From positions 55,678,001-55,742,000 of the forward strand of contig NW_024704743.1 in assembly GCF_018977255.1 (NCBI RefSeq): 64,000 bases of DNA, given 5' to 3'. Source of the stretch: Callorhinchus milii (lineage: Eukaryota). The notes beneath the pieces were generated by a model. That model did no database searches and was not told the origin of the DNA. It saw nothing but the letters and a program-made list of their open reading frames with translations. The stretch's first letter is position 1. Each line of letters starts with the position of its first letter. This document shows positions 13,430 to 26,202 of the stretch, in pieces. The translations under genes and the position numbers were made by a program.

Positions 13430-13670
13430 AAGAATCCAATATGGAATGTAGATTTAAGTGATACCACTCACAAACCATTTAACATGCCATAAACACTGTG
13501 TGTACACCTTAAACAAAACTGCCATACATGTGCAATGAGCTTGTTTAGGTCATAACTCATCAACAATAGGAGAACACTGAAAAAAATAACCGATTGACGT
13601 CTCCATGTCAATCGGTTATTGAGATCTTGCTTGACACACAGACAGACATTGTCATTTTATTAGAATAAGA
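13430..13670 (+). mobile_element. Possible non-autonomous Helitron/Helentron-like end with subterminal hairpin
   Basis: Perfect 14-bp stem AATAACCGATTGAC/GTCAATCGGTTATT at 13585-13620, followed by ACACACAGACAGACA and TTTTATTAGAATAAGA; left boundary is a guess. Confidence 0.35.
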
Positions 13671-13719
13671 CGTTAGATAGATGGTTTGATAAGCTCGGCT
13701 CCAGCCATTGATAGGAGAT

Positions 13720-14060
13720 GGTTCATAGGGGACGTTACCGAGACGCGTAGGATTTTAAACTGGATTGAAAAACTAAATACTAACAATACCTACAGAAATG
13801 CCAAAACAGCAGAATAAGAAAACTCAGGTTCATGGATGCCAAGGGCAGTTTCAGGAAAGACACCAGGAATTATTTGTTTATTAGTGGGTAATTAACGACT
13901 ATAATGAGACATGAGGACAGGTGGTTGAAGCTAGGGAGCTGGGCTCATTTAAGAATCAATTTGAGGCTTTAACGTAAGGGTTGTAGGTGGGTTTTCTGAA
14001 AGGATGAGGTCAAATAGACTGAAACCCCTTCTTCATCCAAATCTCACTTGTGATTTTATG
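13720..14060 (+). mobile_element. Highly decayed CR1 3' end
   Basis: Degenerate similarity to the GDLIETYKIL / FRT..RK.FF region and 3' UTR of the younger CR1 copies. Confidence 0.5.
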
Positions 14061-14614
14061 ATGTAGTCATTGTAATTGGGCTGAATTTTGTTTGGGCATT
14101 ATTGGTGCAGGTTTTATAAATTGATGGTATGATATTCCACCTGGGCTAACATTTACTCTATTTTAAAAAGAGAAGAGTATCCTGGTTAACAATTCCCTCC
14201 TCTCCCAAATACAAATTGGTCACTCACATCATGCCTGTTTGTGGGACATTTCTGTGTGCAATTGGCTGCTGTGTTTTCCCACAGAGCCACACTCTGTCTC
14301 CTTTACAGTATATTCTGTGAAGCTCTTTGAAATGCCCTCTTGATGTCGAAATAAACTATTAACCACTATACAAATGTTCTTATTAAAGAAAGCTTTCAAA
14401 ATGATCAATTGGAGTATTTCACTGTTGGTAGCACTGCTCTCTTGAAAGCAAATTACATTAATGTCTGTATGTCTAGCCACAGTGTACACTAAAATATTAA
14501 AATATTGATATTGAACAAGGTAAGAATCCAAAATATGCACATCCTTCATTTGTCTACAAAGTAGTCACTACACCTTATACACAGTGTACATCCTATGAAG
14601 CACTTTCAGACACC

Positions 14615-14704
14615 CTTTTGTTGGCTCTTGCCAATCCGTGCCTGATACTCTCCGGAATTATATAAGCAGGATACATCCCTCCAGGCCAGAGATAGAGCGC
14701 ACTC
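14615..14704 (+). repeat. Left arm of a 90-bp inverted repeat (family U sequence) inserted in a SINE tail
   Basis: Reverse complement of 15685-15774 with 4 mismatches. Confidence 0.95.
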
Positions 14705-15576
14705 GGTTAAAGGCACTATATAAAATGTAAGGATTATTTATTTATTATTTGTACATCCAAAGTTCATTTGCATGATCCAAAGTTAATTTCCAAAATGTGC
14801 ATCCACATAGAAAGTTGCAAATTGTGCATTGTTCCCTTGTGTTGTAAATAAAGCCTCATCAGGCCTGAGGAATGTTTTAGCCGGAGAATGAAGTTTTTTT
14901 TGGTCACTTTTGGATCAGTTCACCCTCCCCACTTCTTCTCTCAACTGATGTATGAGCCTGATACATTGTTGACCTCTTAAACTAAACTGTGCAACATGTC
15001 GTACACCCAGCATTTGCAGTACAGCCATTACTGCACCAGTGGGAGTTTTCCACTTCCCACACTAACTGTCCTTGTGGCCTCTGAGTGAGATTGGCATTTC
15101 TTTAACAATTAGCGCTGAATTATGAGCTGCTTTCATGACACAAATTCACATATAATAACAACTGGGCTGATGCTGAACAGTCATTTCATTTAGGAACCTA
15201 TAATCAGCAGAGAAAGTAGACTACTTCATAAGTCTAGGCTAGATATGAAATCCCCAGGCTCCAGTAACGGATATATTTGTTTACCAGGCTGTGTCACCCA
15301 GACTCCAATATTTAGATACTAAACCTTGTGTTTTTATTTTATGTGCTAAAGTAACTTTGAATAAAGAAAAACAGTAATGCCAGTTACCAGGTCAATTGTT
15401 TGATTTCCCCTTTTGCACCCTCCCAAAAAATTAACTCGGGAAGCAAAATGTTTCTTGTTCACTCCCATGACCAGACTATCCCTCAAATTATATAAACAGC
15501 AAATTGAATTGGAGAGTGTGAAGTAAAGATAACTGCAATTTCTTCAATCTCCTGCATGATCAACAGATTTGTTTGC

Positions 15577-15774
15577 GGTTAGCTGGGTGTCTTCACATGC
15601 GAAAACCTATTACTGTGCTTAAGAGTATACAAACCAGACTGAGTTCCATGCTTCCCACCTACACATGGCAATTCCAGTGTCTTGGAGTGTGCTCTATCTC
15701 TGGCCTGGAGGGATGTATCCTACTTATATAATTCCGGAGGGTATCAGGCACGGATTGGCAAGAGCCAACGAAAG
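15577..15774 (-). repeat. Unclassified repeat family U fragment; contains the right arm of the inverted repeat
   Basis: Starts GTTAGCTGGGTGTC; similar to 29821-30000 and 46665-46880. Confidence 0.85.
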
Positions 15775-16164
15775 CCTTCAAAGAGGTTTTGAAATGGATT
15801 GAAAGGTATCAGAAGGCTTTGGAGATGTGTGGGAGGGAGGGAGGGAGGGAGGGAGGGAGGAAGAGGGAGGGAGAATGAAAAACGATCAAATCCAATCACA
15901 TCAAAGCATCTCAAAGAGCTGAACAATTAATTACTGTCTAGTATAGTACTTTTTTTGTAGGCATTTGCGGCAGGAACAAACAGTCATGAAGTGAATGACC
16001 AGTTATTCAGGAGAAACTCCTTTCTCTTTTCAGATTGCAATTGTGAGATCTTTGAAACTGAAATCGGGAAATATCACATTGGTTTTAACATGTCATCCCA
16101 AAAGACGGCACCTCCCACAATGTAGCGCTTCTCCAGCGAACACTGGCTTATTTAGTTGATGTCC

Positions 16165-16450
16165 TCCACTTTATCCAGCCCATCATTGGCAGGTGGGCTT
16201 TCAGCCATTCTGTCCACACTCCCTGGAACTGCATCCGGGAGACCCTGCAACTCATTTCCTCCCTCCCCTCTTTAAAGACACGTCTCAAAACTCACCTCTT
16301 GGACTTGTCTTTTGGTCAACTTTTCTCTACCTAACCCCTTCGGCTTGCACTAGCTCAAATGTCGATCCAGTATCGCTAAGCACTTTAATAATAATAATAA
16401 TAACTTTGAGATGTGCTTCCGACGTCAAAGGCGCTATATAAATGTAAGTT
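16165..16450 (+). mobile_element. Decayed L2 3' end
   Basis: CATTGGCAGGTGGGCTTTCAGCC...CTGGAAC and tail GACGTCAAAGGCGCTATATAAATGTAAGTTG. Confidence 0.7.
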
Positions 16451-16809
16451 GTACTGTATTGTATTAAAGTGTTAGCCAAGACTATGACCTTCTATGAACA
16501 ATTTCCGGTGCACCTGATTTCAGTCATTGTCCAAAGCTTCTTCCTGACCTTCGTTTAGTCTTATCTCCTTTTAGTCGTGAATTCGCCCGCTACAGAATTA
16601 ATATCTTATTATATTACCTTGCAGATTTTTACACAATATTTTATCCTTTCTTCTGACAGAATAGACTAGTCTTGAAGGGGTGGATTAGAATAGTCTTAAA
16701 TGTCAAAACAAAATTTTATGGTCACTTTGTTTGCCATTTGATCTAAAGAATAATTTGACTTGCCTCTCTGTTGCAAGCACTGTTTGAACATAAGAGATTG
16801 TTTTACTAT

Positions 16810-17052
16810 AATAATAATAATGCTTGTATTTGATAATGTGCTTCACAGAGATTCTGTAAAGTACTTTACAGTGTCTCAGAATGTCTCACTTTACAATGTC
16901 TCACAAATAGCCATGAAGTGAATGACCAATTTGATTTGTTGATTGTTGACGAGGACACTGGGAGAAACTGCCTTCGCTTTTCAAGTCATGTCATGGAATC
17001 TTTAACGTTCACCTGAACAGGCAGATGGGACCTCGATTTAATGTATCACCTC
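16810..17052 (-). mobile_element. Old DeuSINE-type fragment
   Basis: GGACACTGGGAGAAACT...ATCTTTAACGTTCACCTGAACAGGCAGATGGGACCTCG. Confidence 0.75.
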
Positions 17053-17057
17053 CAACA

Positions 17058-17339
17058 ATAAAAGTGAATTGGCTTTATATTTTGTGGGCGAAACGCGGCA
17101 GCCAATTGTGCACAGCAGTCTTCCACAAACAGTCGTGGATTAATGTGACCAATTTTTTTTTAAGGAATTGTTATCCCCAGAAAAACGATCTGCCAGTCGA
17201 CTAACAACCGGGTTCCTATTTACTGCTAGGTAAACAGGCATATGGAGTGAGGAATGTTGTTCAGCATTTCACCTTGCCAGCAATCAAACAAAGGTGTCTC
17301 GCTTGCGAGGCGAGTGCTCTAACCACTGAGCTACAAGAC
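17058..17339 (-). mobile_element. Young tRNA-derived SINE, long form, tail missing
   Basis: CTCGCTTGCGAGGCGAGTGCTCTAACCACTGAGCTACA head; carries the TTACTGCTAGGTAAACAG segment. Confidence 0.85.
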
Positions 17340-17559
17340 ATCATTATCCCTCATATCTCTCCCTCCAAAGTATTGTTGTATACTGCGCTAACACCCCCCT
17401 GCAAACCTATATACATTTCTCCTGGCAATCTCCCTCCTCTTTTCTCGCAGCTTCTGTTTCTAATGCCTCTTCAATTTAGCCCATTTCAAACTCCACTTCA
17501 CCCCTCCCTGCCCCATTTTTATTTCCTCTCTTCTCTTCTCCCTCAATCTCACCCTCCAT

Positions 17560-17780
17560 AGCACTCCCGCCTATGAGTCAGAAGGTTGTATTCAAGTCCT
17601 ACGTCAGGACAAGGAATCACATAGTTAAAACTGAAACTCCAATGCAGTGCTGGGGCGTGGGGGGGTTTCATTGTTGGTGCCATCCTTCATATGAGACATT
17701 AAACCGAGGTCCCATCTCCCTGTTCAGATGGACATTAAAGATCCCATGGCACTGTTCAAAAAGAGAAGAGAATTTCTCCC
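17560..17780 (+). mobile_element. Old DeuSINE-type SINE, 5' half
   Basis: GAGTCAGAAGGTTGTATTCAAGTCC head; TAAACCGAGGTCCCATCT...AAAGATCCCATGGCACT. Confidence 0.8.
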
Positions 17781-18362
17781 GAAGCAAGCTTACAATCCTA
17801 AAGAAGGCTTTTTTCAGTAGGTTCAGAATCAACGGAGACAGTAAGTCTGTCAGGAATCTTTTTATGTGTTAAACATGGTAATGTTCATATTAAACTCTTA
17901 AGATGTGGGCTAAAGCCTTACCGTATAGAATTGATAGGTGATGGATCTTTCCTCTTACTGCAAATATTTCACTCAATCAAACTACTGTAACATAAACCAA
18001 CATATGTTTTTAAACCAAACCTTACCCAGAGAGGAGAACATCTGCTTTGTGGACGTTTAGAATTGCTGATTCAGATTCTAACTACCAGCCATTCCTGCTG
18101 GATTCAGATCCCAAACCCCTACAGCTCCTATTATCCTTCACTTAGTCCCTCTCAACGCCGGCTTCAGTTTGTCCATGTTAATAAGCCCTGAAATTCCACC
18201 TAGTCTTAGCCGGTAAGACAATTTCTGTATTAAAATTCCATAGAGCTATGAAGAATTCGTAGATTCAGCTTGAATGGAAAAATAAAAAGACTGTAAATAA
18301 AAAAGCTCTGGATAATTTTAGATTTTATGCTAAAATGGTCTTACAGGCTAAGACTAGACAAG

Positions 18363-18725
18363 GTGTGTCAGTCTCGATCAGTTGTAACACTCTCGCCTCT
18401 GTTGTGAGTTCAAACCCATGTCAGGATTTGAACTTGTATAGTCTACACTGTCACTCCAGTACAGTACCTGAGGTGTGCCATATTGTTGTCGTCCTTTGGG
18501 ATAAGACTTCCAACCAAGGTGCCGTCGGCCTGCTAAACTGGACATTAAAAATAATACCACTATTTGAAAAGAGTGGGAGTTTCTCTGGCTGTGTGAGATT
18601 CTCTGGGTTTCTTGTGTGATATTGTGTGCAAATTGGTTGTCACATTTCGCCTATAAAATACAGTCACTGCACTTTACAGTGGATCCTGTGAAGCACTGTA
18701 CCAAATGTAAGGATTATTATTATTA
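18363..18725 (+). mobile_element. Old DeuSINE-type SINE, near full length and decayed
   Basis: GTGTCAG head, Deu domain, AATGTAAGGATTATTAT tail. Confidence 0.75.
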
Positions 18726-18833
18726 ATTGAAAGTCTGGGTCCATGATATCTCAAGTGATATAATTTACAAATTTTGCCAAAGTTTATAGAATGTTTCTCA
18801 ATCCAGCCATATTGGCTGAAGGTGACTGACAAC

Positions 18834-19146
18834 TGGAGTCCTGTAGCTCAGTGGTTAGAGCACTCGCTTTGCAAGCGAGAGACCTGAGTTAAATTCCAGG
18901 CAGGGCGAAACCTTGGGCAAGTTTCCTTACTTCACACGCCTAATAATAATCCCTCAAAAAAAAACAATAATAAATTGGTCATTTTCAATCCACGACTGTT
19001 TGTGGGACATTGCTGTGCGCAATTGGCTGCCGCGTTCACCCACAAATATGCAGTAATTTCACTTTACAGTGTGTTCTGTGAAGCGCTTTGGGACGTCCTC
19101 CTGACGTGAAAAGCGCTATATCAAATGCAAGGATTATTATTATTAT
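18834..19146 (+). mobile_element. Young tRNA-Ala(TGC)-derived SINE, short form, full length
   Basis: A box TAGCTCAGTGG; anticodon arm CTCGC-TTTGCAA-GCGAG; B-box-like GAGTTAAATTCC; Deu-like core; L2-like tail; (ATT)n; possible AACTG target duplication. Confidence 0.95.
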
Positions 19147-19519
19147 AACTGCTCCACCGTTTAATGAATAAATTCCTTTAAATAAAATGTGCACCAGAAA
19201 TAACGTAATCTAATCCTCAGGAAAATAGTTTGATCATATTCTTAATTATTCAAACTTACACACTTACACACAATACATTGGGGACCAAAAGTATATATTT
19301 TTTTGTCAGTGCCATAGTAAGCACTTTTGTGGGTTACTTATTCATTGTGCAGTCATGTTCTATGGTTCTTGTGTGTCTTGTACTTATTTTTACTTACATT
19401 TCTGAAGTGAATACAAACATTGTATCTGTGATATTTGAATGATGGAAAAACTCTGAAAACCTAGAGCAGGAAAATTATTGTCTACTGTCCAGTGATCCCC
19501 ATCTTTTTGTTTGGGGACC

Positions 19520-20000
19520 GCTGGGTGTCTGAAGGAGTTACAGACAAAGGGTGGGGTGAGACCATGGACCATGTGAAAACGAGGATCTTGAACATGATCT
19601 GCTGGGGACTGAGAGTTCCACATATGTATGCCACTTACACATGGAAATTAGCTTGTGTCTGGAATGGAATGCTAATCTCTCCTTCGAAGAATGTTTCTTG
19701 CTTACCTAATTCCAGAGAATATTAGGCACAGATTGGCAAGAGCCAAAGTTTAGGGACCCCAGATTGTGCATTGGGGCACTGCTGAAATTGTACATCATAT
19801 AACATTGAAAACATTGTCTTTAAAGCTTCCCAATGCTTGACAGCACCTTGGGACTTCCTACAAATCTGAAAGGCACTATACAAATGTCATTTTAGTTGTT
19901 CTTGTTGAGTTTGGACCCCCTTTCCATTAGGGCTTTGGCTTGCAGGGTTAAGGGGAGCTGAGTAGGAAAAATCCCTACCCCCAGTGGCTGGCACTACCTT
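19520..20000 (-). repeat. Unclassified repeat family U, interrupted by L2-like pieces
   Basis: Segments 19520-19533, 19608-19790 and 19910-20000 are colinear with 46665-47075. Confidence 0.75.
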
Positions 20001-23000
20001 TAAATGCAAAATTGCCAACAATTTCAGAGGCATCTTGAGACGATCCATATGCCAGATTATTTATGGTTTGCTAATTTCACAGTCCTGTCACTCAGACTGT
20101 GAAAACAAAAGAGTATAATTTTCTCTAATGGAAAATGCTTGAATTCAAATATAAATATATTTTCATTTATTTTGATGACTGGCATTCAACACAAAATGTC
20201 AACAGCCTTTCATGCATAGAATGACTGCTATCACTCATTTCCCTGTTCGGAATCTTATTATACTTTTGGAAGGTATGTGGTGTGCTGGACACAAGCTGGA
20301 TCAAGGACTTTGGAGTTTTTTTTAAAAAGAACAAAATTCATCTGGACTCGCATTTGCCAAATCTATTAAATTAAGCAGAAAATATTAGAATTTTAACACA
20401 GAATTCAACAGAATATCTGATTCAAATGGAAAATTAGATTTTCCTTGACTTTCATGAATGTGGATAGCAGATAATGATAGCAGAGCATGAACTAGAAAAA
20501 TGCATACTTAATTCAAGCATGAAATTCTAACTTACTATTCTTGTTCTCTTCCATTACACACAACTCCTTATCCAACCATAACATTTCAGGGTAAATTAGT
20601 TCTGCATTTGTCAGGATTCAACTGCAGTAATTTTTTTCAGGTTGTTTCAATTTTAATTGGAAAGATCACTGTGTCTAATCCAATGAAGAGGCTGAGAGTG
20701 ACTTTTTGTTGGCAGCAATACTTTTATTTTGAACTACCTCTTTTTGTCATGCTCACAGTGTAATTTTTTATAAACTATTTTGGTCCTTGGTGGTATTGTG
20801 CACTTTGAGTCTTTATTTCTTTACCTGGGATTCTGAATAAATTTAAATTCTTTATCATGTTACTTTGACCATTACAACAGATGCACATGCAATTCTCTAA
20901 TAGTCCCATTGCTAGTTCGCTTTTAATAATATATTGAACCAAATTGTAATAATAAAACTTACATTTGATATTCTGCCCTTCACATCAGGAGGACACTTTA
21001 AAGTGCTTCACAGGATTTACTGCAGAGTACAGGGATTGTATAATTTGTAGGCTATCAGAGCTGTTACCACAGTCTAATATAGTGATTATGCCTCCCTCAC
21101 AGACACACAAAGATAGTGCACATTGAGTCATTTTAGGTCACATTTAAAAATAACTCAGAACTGTGATAAGACCATAGATTTCTCCCTGTAGTTCAACCGA
21201 TTGCAAACAGCAATCTCCTTATCATTCCCACAAAACATCTAGTCACAAGCAGAATAACATTGGCCAATAGTTCATGTTGAGAAATGCAAGTGATATAATG
21301 TCCATTATTAACTATTTAAATATCCTCTTTGAATTTATTATTTCCAGAAAACAACGTTTATAATTTTATTTCAGTCTTATTTTCAAGGTCAGTGGGTTGC
21401 CATAAAAATCCAGTGAACAAAATGTTGCTGTTACTTAGGTTACTCTGGCGTAGATATGTCCCAAAGCATTTGATGAGTTTGGGGAATTGATTGCTCTTTC
21501 GATGAGCCAGCAACAAAATATTGCCGTAAATTTGTATGATTCTATGTTACAGATGAACCAAGTCGGAAATGTGCTTTATTTAGTGTAAATCTGTGAACAA
21601 GGCTGAGCAAGTAATGCCATGTGAACTGGAATTTTGATGACTACGAATGTTCATTCTGTACAGCTTGATTGATGACTTTAAAGGAATCAGTATTTCTAAG
21701 ATGGCAAAATATTCAGTAAATTAGCACAGTCTTGGGGCCCTCTACATCCTTGCTATTCTAATTTATCATAGTTTGCTTAATTACACCAATCTTTCATTGA
21801 CATTCCTATTCACTTTTACCTTCACCACCCATGTGTTGGCATTGCACCAATATTCTCAACCCACTGTTTATGTGTGTTGTAATTATATTAGACATTGAGA
21901 TGGAAAATAATCTATCCTAATTAAAAGCGAATAATTACAGTTGAGTAAAAACGTTTAAAATTGCAGTCTGGTTAGCAAATGCTCAAAAGGAAAAAAATGG
22001 TACTATTCTGTTCACATTTTTTTTGCTTTCTAAAAAAATACAATTTAATCTGCTTTGAATAACTCCAAAAGTACCCCTTTATCATGTTAAATGCTTCATA
22101 ATTGCTAGCATTTTTGGAATCTTACCTCTAGGAGCCCTTGACACGAGTATAAGTGCAATAAGTGTAATAAGATTTAATATTTTTCAATGTGAACTTTCAC
22201 AGATGTGTGATAGTATTTCTGTAGAGGGTCTTGTAACCATTTGTTCATCTGCCCCATAGCCTATGTTAAAGGGCTTCTATTACATTGCCCTAGTACATTG
22301 CCCTAGAGTAGGAATGGGCTGAGACAGCCATTACTTGGAACAGTTGAACCAAGCAGGAGGACAAGAGGACACAGTTTCAGGCTTCTGAAAGACAATGTTA
22401 GGACAGATATTAAGATATATTTCTTCATACATGGTAAGCAGCAGCTGCAACTGGGTACTAGAGCACAGGACATTGGACTCAATTAAAAGTATGCTTGATT
22501 TTGCAACGAGAAGCTTGGGTGCATATTCTGGAAGGTGGATTCACACAGAAGGATTTCAATGTGCTGAGAAATCCTTTCTAGTAAGTCCTTACATTGGTGT
22601 TACAATGGTTTGTGTGCATTTTTGACGAATTAACTGGCTTAGTTGGCTGCACAGATAAAAGCAGACTTCAAATAAATTGTGACACGTAACTGTGAAGCTA
22701 CCAACTACAGACAGCACTGTAGTAAAATGTAAAATTTCAATTCCTGCACAGGTAAGCATAGAACAAGCAAAGTGGCAAATTAGAAGAATCAATGACAAGG
22801 TGAATAGACTCTCATATTTTGTTTTGTGATTTTTAGGGATTTTGAGATCCCCATTCCATTAATCTTAAATACATTTGGGTTAGGGGTTGATGTAGGCTTA
22901 GCAGGTCACAGTGGTAGGAAGGAGCAAGTCCGTGGAGGGCTTTGAAGGTGAGGACGAGGATTAAATACATACAATTCTTATTTAAAAGGTAGCAATTTTC

Positions 23001-23404
23001 AATGTTTGCTAATGGTAATGGAGGCCTATAGAGGAAGTCCTGAGTGCCATTGTCTTGGATTCCCACTTATTCGCTGAATAAAAATCACTGCATGATCCTG
23101 GATTTTGCAGATGGGTTGAAGGAAGCCGCTCTGCTGCATCCCCAGGATCTCACATCCATAAAGGGGGACTGTTTGCACACAGATTTTGTATGCCATAAGC
23201 TTGATCTATATTCAAATGATCACATCACATACCATATTATTTGTCCTTGTTGTTAGTTAATACATAACAGACAGATATGTGGGTAGTACAGACATTTGGG
23301 GGTATGACGATTAAAAGATCTGCCAAAATCTAATAAACTGATGGAACAGGCTGAATGGGCTCAATGTGCTCCTCATTTTGCTGTTTTTCCATACTCCGAG
23401 GTAT

Positions 23405-24410
23405 AATAATTTACATTTGTATAGCGACTTTCATGTTGGGAGGATGTCCCAAGCCACTGGATAGTCAGGGATTTGGATCCGAGCAGGGGTTTGGGATCAG
23501 GGAGGGTGCAGGGAAGGGAGGGTAGGAGGGTGGCTGAAGGCGCGGTTGAGAGGAGGGTCTTGAGACGTGCCTTGAAATAGGCAAGGGAGGGAGCAAGGTG
23601 AAGAGAATGTGAAATGAGTTCCAAAGGGTGGAGGCAGTGAGGCTGAAGGCCCAATCGTCGATGGTGGGGCGGGCTGGGCAGGGGGCATTGAATGTTTGGA
23701 GCCTGCTGAGCGGAGGGAGAGCAGGTTACAGAGGTAGGAAGGAGCACGGCTGTGGATTTTGAACTCTATTTATTCTCTGGGTGATGGGAGCCAGTCGAGC
23801 CAGGCAAGGGATTGGGGTGATAGGATCATGGAGCCTGATGTGGGAAAGGACACGATCTGGATGATCTGCAGCTTGTGGAGAGAAAAGTTGGGGCACTCGA
23901 CAAGCAGGAAGTTGGCATAGTCAAGCCTAGATGTGAAGAACATGTGGATGAAGGTTTCGGCAGCCTGAGTGGTGAGGCAGTGGCGGAGCCGGGCGCTGTT
24001 GCAGAAGTGGGGGAAGACAGAGCAGGTCATGGCACAGATGTGGGGTAGAAAGGACAGTTGAGGGTCAAACAAGGAACCAAGGTTCCTGACTGGCTCTTGA
24101 AGTGGAATGTGCATTCATGAATGGTGATGCTGCCAGTGCCAAAAAGACAGGGAGATAAGTTTGAAAGTATGGAGGGAGGGTTGGAGTGTGAGGGGTAGAT
24201 GGGGAGAGTTAGCAGTTGGAAGGGCAGAGGATTTGGGTTTAGAGGAAATCCAGCATCTCACAGTTGAAGTTGGAGGAGAGGATGGGCAAGGTGTGAGAGG
24301 GTAGGCGGAGGAGCCAGTTGGTGGTAGAGAAGAAGAGCCTGGGTTTGTCCTTGGTCTCCAAGATTATCTTGGAGTTGAAAGACGATTCAGTGGAGGCGAT
24401 GGCGGAGAGG
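23405..24410 (-). mobile_element. L2 LINE ORF2 3' fragment with tail
   Basis: VRNLGSLFDPQLSF...FTSRLDYAN...LHKLQIIQ...FKARLKTLL; tail CTTGGGACATCCTCCCAACATGAAAGTCGCTATACAAATGTAA. Confidence 0.9.
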
Positions 24411-25304
24411 TAAGTTTTAATGTGGTCCAGTCAGATCTGTCGATGGACCACAAGATTAGATTTGAGCCAGGTGCATGCGGTGGCTCTCTTTTCCGTAGAG
24501 AAGAGGGAAATAGGAAGGGTAATGGCTTATGTGCAGTATAAACTCTGACACAGACTATTTGAGCTGGGTAGCCTGTTCCCATGCTGTAAGCATTCCATGT
24601 AATTCTAAGCACATGTCATTGCCATTGCAAAGTGAAGTTAGGCTCATTGTAGTTGGGGCCCTACCTAGACTGCAGGTTTTAGCCTTGCTTTTTACTCAAA
24701 AAATAATAATCATGCTCAAACAGGAAAACATTCCTGCTTTGAATGCTTGCTACATAGCTGTGATATTGTGAAATCAAATTCTGTAAAGTCTACTATATTC
24801 TGGTCAGGTTGTATGTATGTCAATCACAAAACATTTTCTTTAAACAAAACATTGCATCAGCCTATCCTTTAACTGGAACACCCACAATGATCAAACATAG
24901 TCATGGATTTTAATTAAGATGACAAAAAGGATGAGTATGAGAAATGTCCATAGAAACCAGGTATAAACTGTCTTATCACAGAATCAGCTTCTCATTTTAT
25001 ATCCTGAGGGAAAGTTCCGCACAAGTATTCCTTTATTTTATCTCTTCTTCCCACTCCCCGCGCCCCAGGAAAAATTAAAATCTCAGAAGATTGACATATC
25101 CTCATATCTCCATTTATTCACACTTGGTAGGATTTCCACAATTAAAAAGAACTAATTTCCAAATAATGAATTTAAAAATGTTTCACAATTCTGTACAATC
25201 TTCATTTTTAAGACAAAATAGTCATACAGGCCAGGACTAGGTGAAATATCCGGCCCCTGATGTCCAATTGTGGACTTGGATTTACTTGGATTAAAAGCAT
25301 GTTG

Positions 25305-25560
25305 TTTGACTAAGTTAGCAGCATTCTTGTCACTGAGTCAGAAGGTTGTGGATTCACTTTAGGACTTTGAAATCACAATGGTACAGGCTGGCACTCCAGT
25401 GCAGTGCTGGGGAGAGCTACATTGTTGGAGGTTTTGTCCTTCGGATGAGCCTTTCAACTGAGGTCCCATCTGCTTCAGGTAGATGTTAAAGTTCCCATGG
25501 CACTATTTGAAAAGAGAAGGGAGTTTCTCCTGGTGTCCTGGCAAACAATCCCCCAGATTG
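25305..25560 (+). mobile_element. Old DeuSINE-type SINE, 5' two-thirds
   Basis: CTGAGTCAGAAGGTTGTGG...CAGTGCAGTGCTGGGG...CTGAGGTCCCATCTG. Confidence 0.8.
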
Positions 25561-25996
25561 TCATTCTTGGATGCTTGGATTGTCTCTTCAGTTAAGGTTA
25601 GTGCAAATGTTGTTAACTGGCAGGTTTTAAATGGTACAAAACTATAAGCGGAATGAACCACTGTTGTTTTTTTTATAAGCGCTAAGTAAAGCTGCCATAC
25701 CTGATTTGATGCCATCATAGAACCTTGTGCAGCCACAGACAATATAGTCCTGATGATGATATCTTTAAAAATGTGAGCAATCATTATAGTATCCTGTTTG
25801 GGTAATACAGAGGACGAAATTAAACAGCTTCATCATTCAGACTTGCAAGCTGTCTAGATGGGATTGTAATTGCACACGAGTGCTATTGGGATATCAGTCA
25901 CTGCAAAGCGACGGAGCATTCAACAACAACAACAAGATTACATTACATTTGTATAGTGCCTTTCACGTCAGGAGGACGTCCCCAAAACATTGGATT

Positions 25997-26202
25997 CCAA
26001 TAATCCCTCAAGAAAATAAAATAATAATTTGGGTACTCAATCAACGACTGTTTGTGGGACACTGCTGTGCGCAATTGGCTTCTGTGTTTCGCCCACAAAT
26101 ATACCGTCAATTCACTTTACAGTATATTCTGTGAAGCGCTTTGAGACATCTAGAAGACGTGAAAAGCGCTATATCAAATGCAAGGATTATTATTATTATT
26201 AT
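25997..26202 (+). mobile_element. Young SINE 3' half abutting an inverted L2 tail (25921-25995)
   Basis: AATAATCCCTC...Deu-like core...GAGACATCTAGAAGACGTGAAAAGCGCTATATCAAATGCAAGG(ATT)n. Confidence 0.9.

Noticed and set aside
18834..18905. tRNA-Ala(TGC) gene
   Set aside because: D and anticodon arms are present, but there is no proper acceptor stem and the sequence continues into a SINE body in every copy.
22281..22306. 13-bp tandem duplication TACATTGCCCTAG, and short palindromes near 38761 and 59333
   Set aside because: Ordinary slippage products or chance-level structures.
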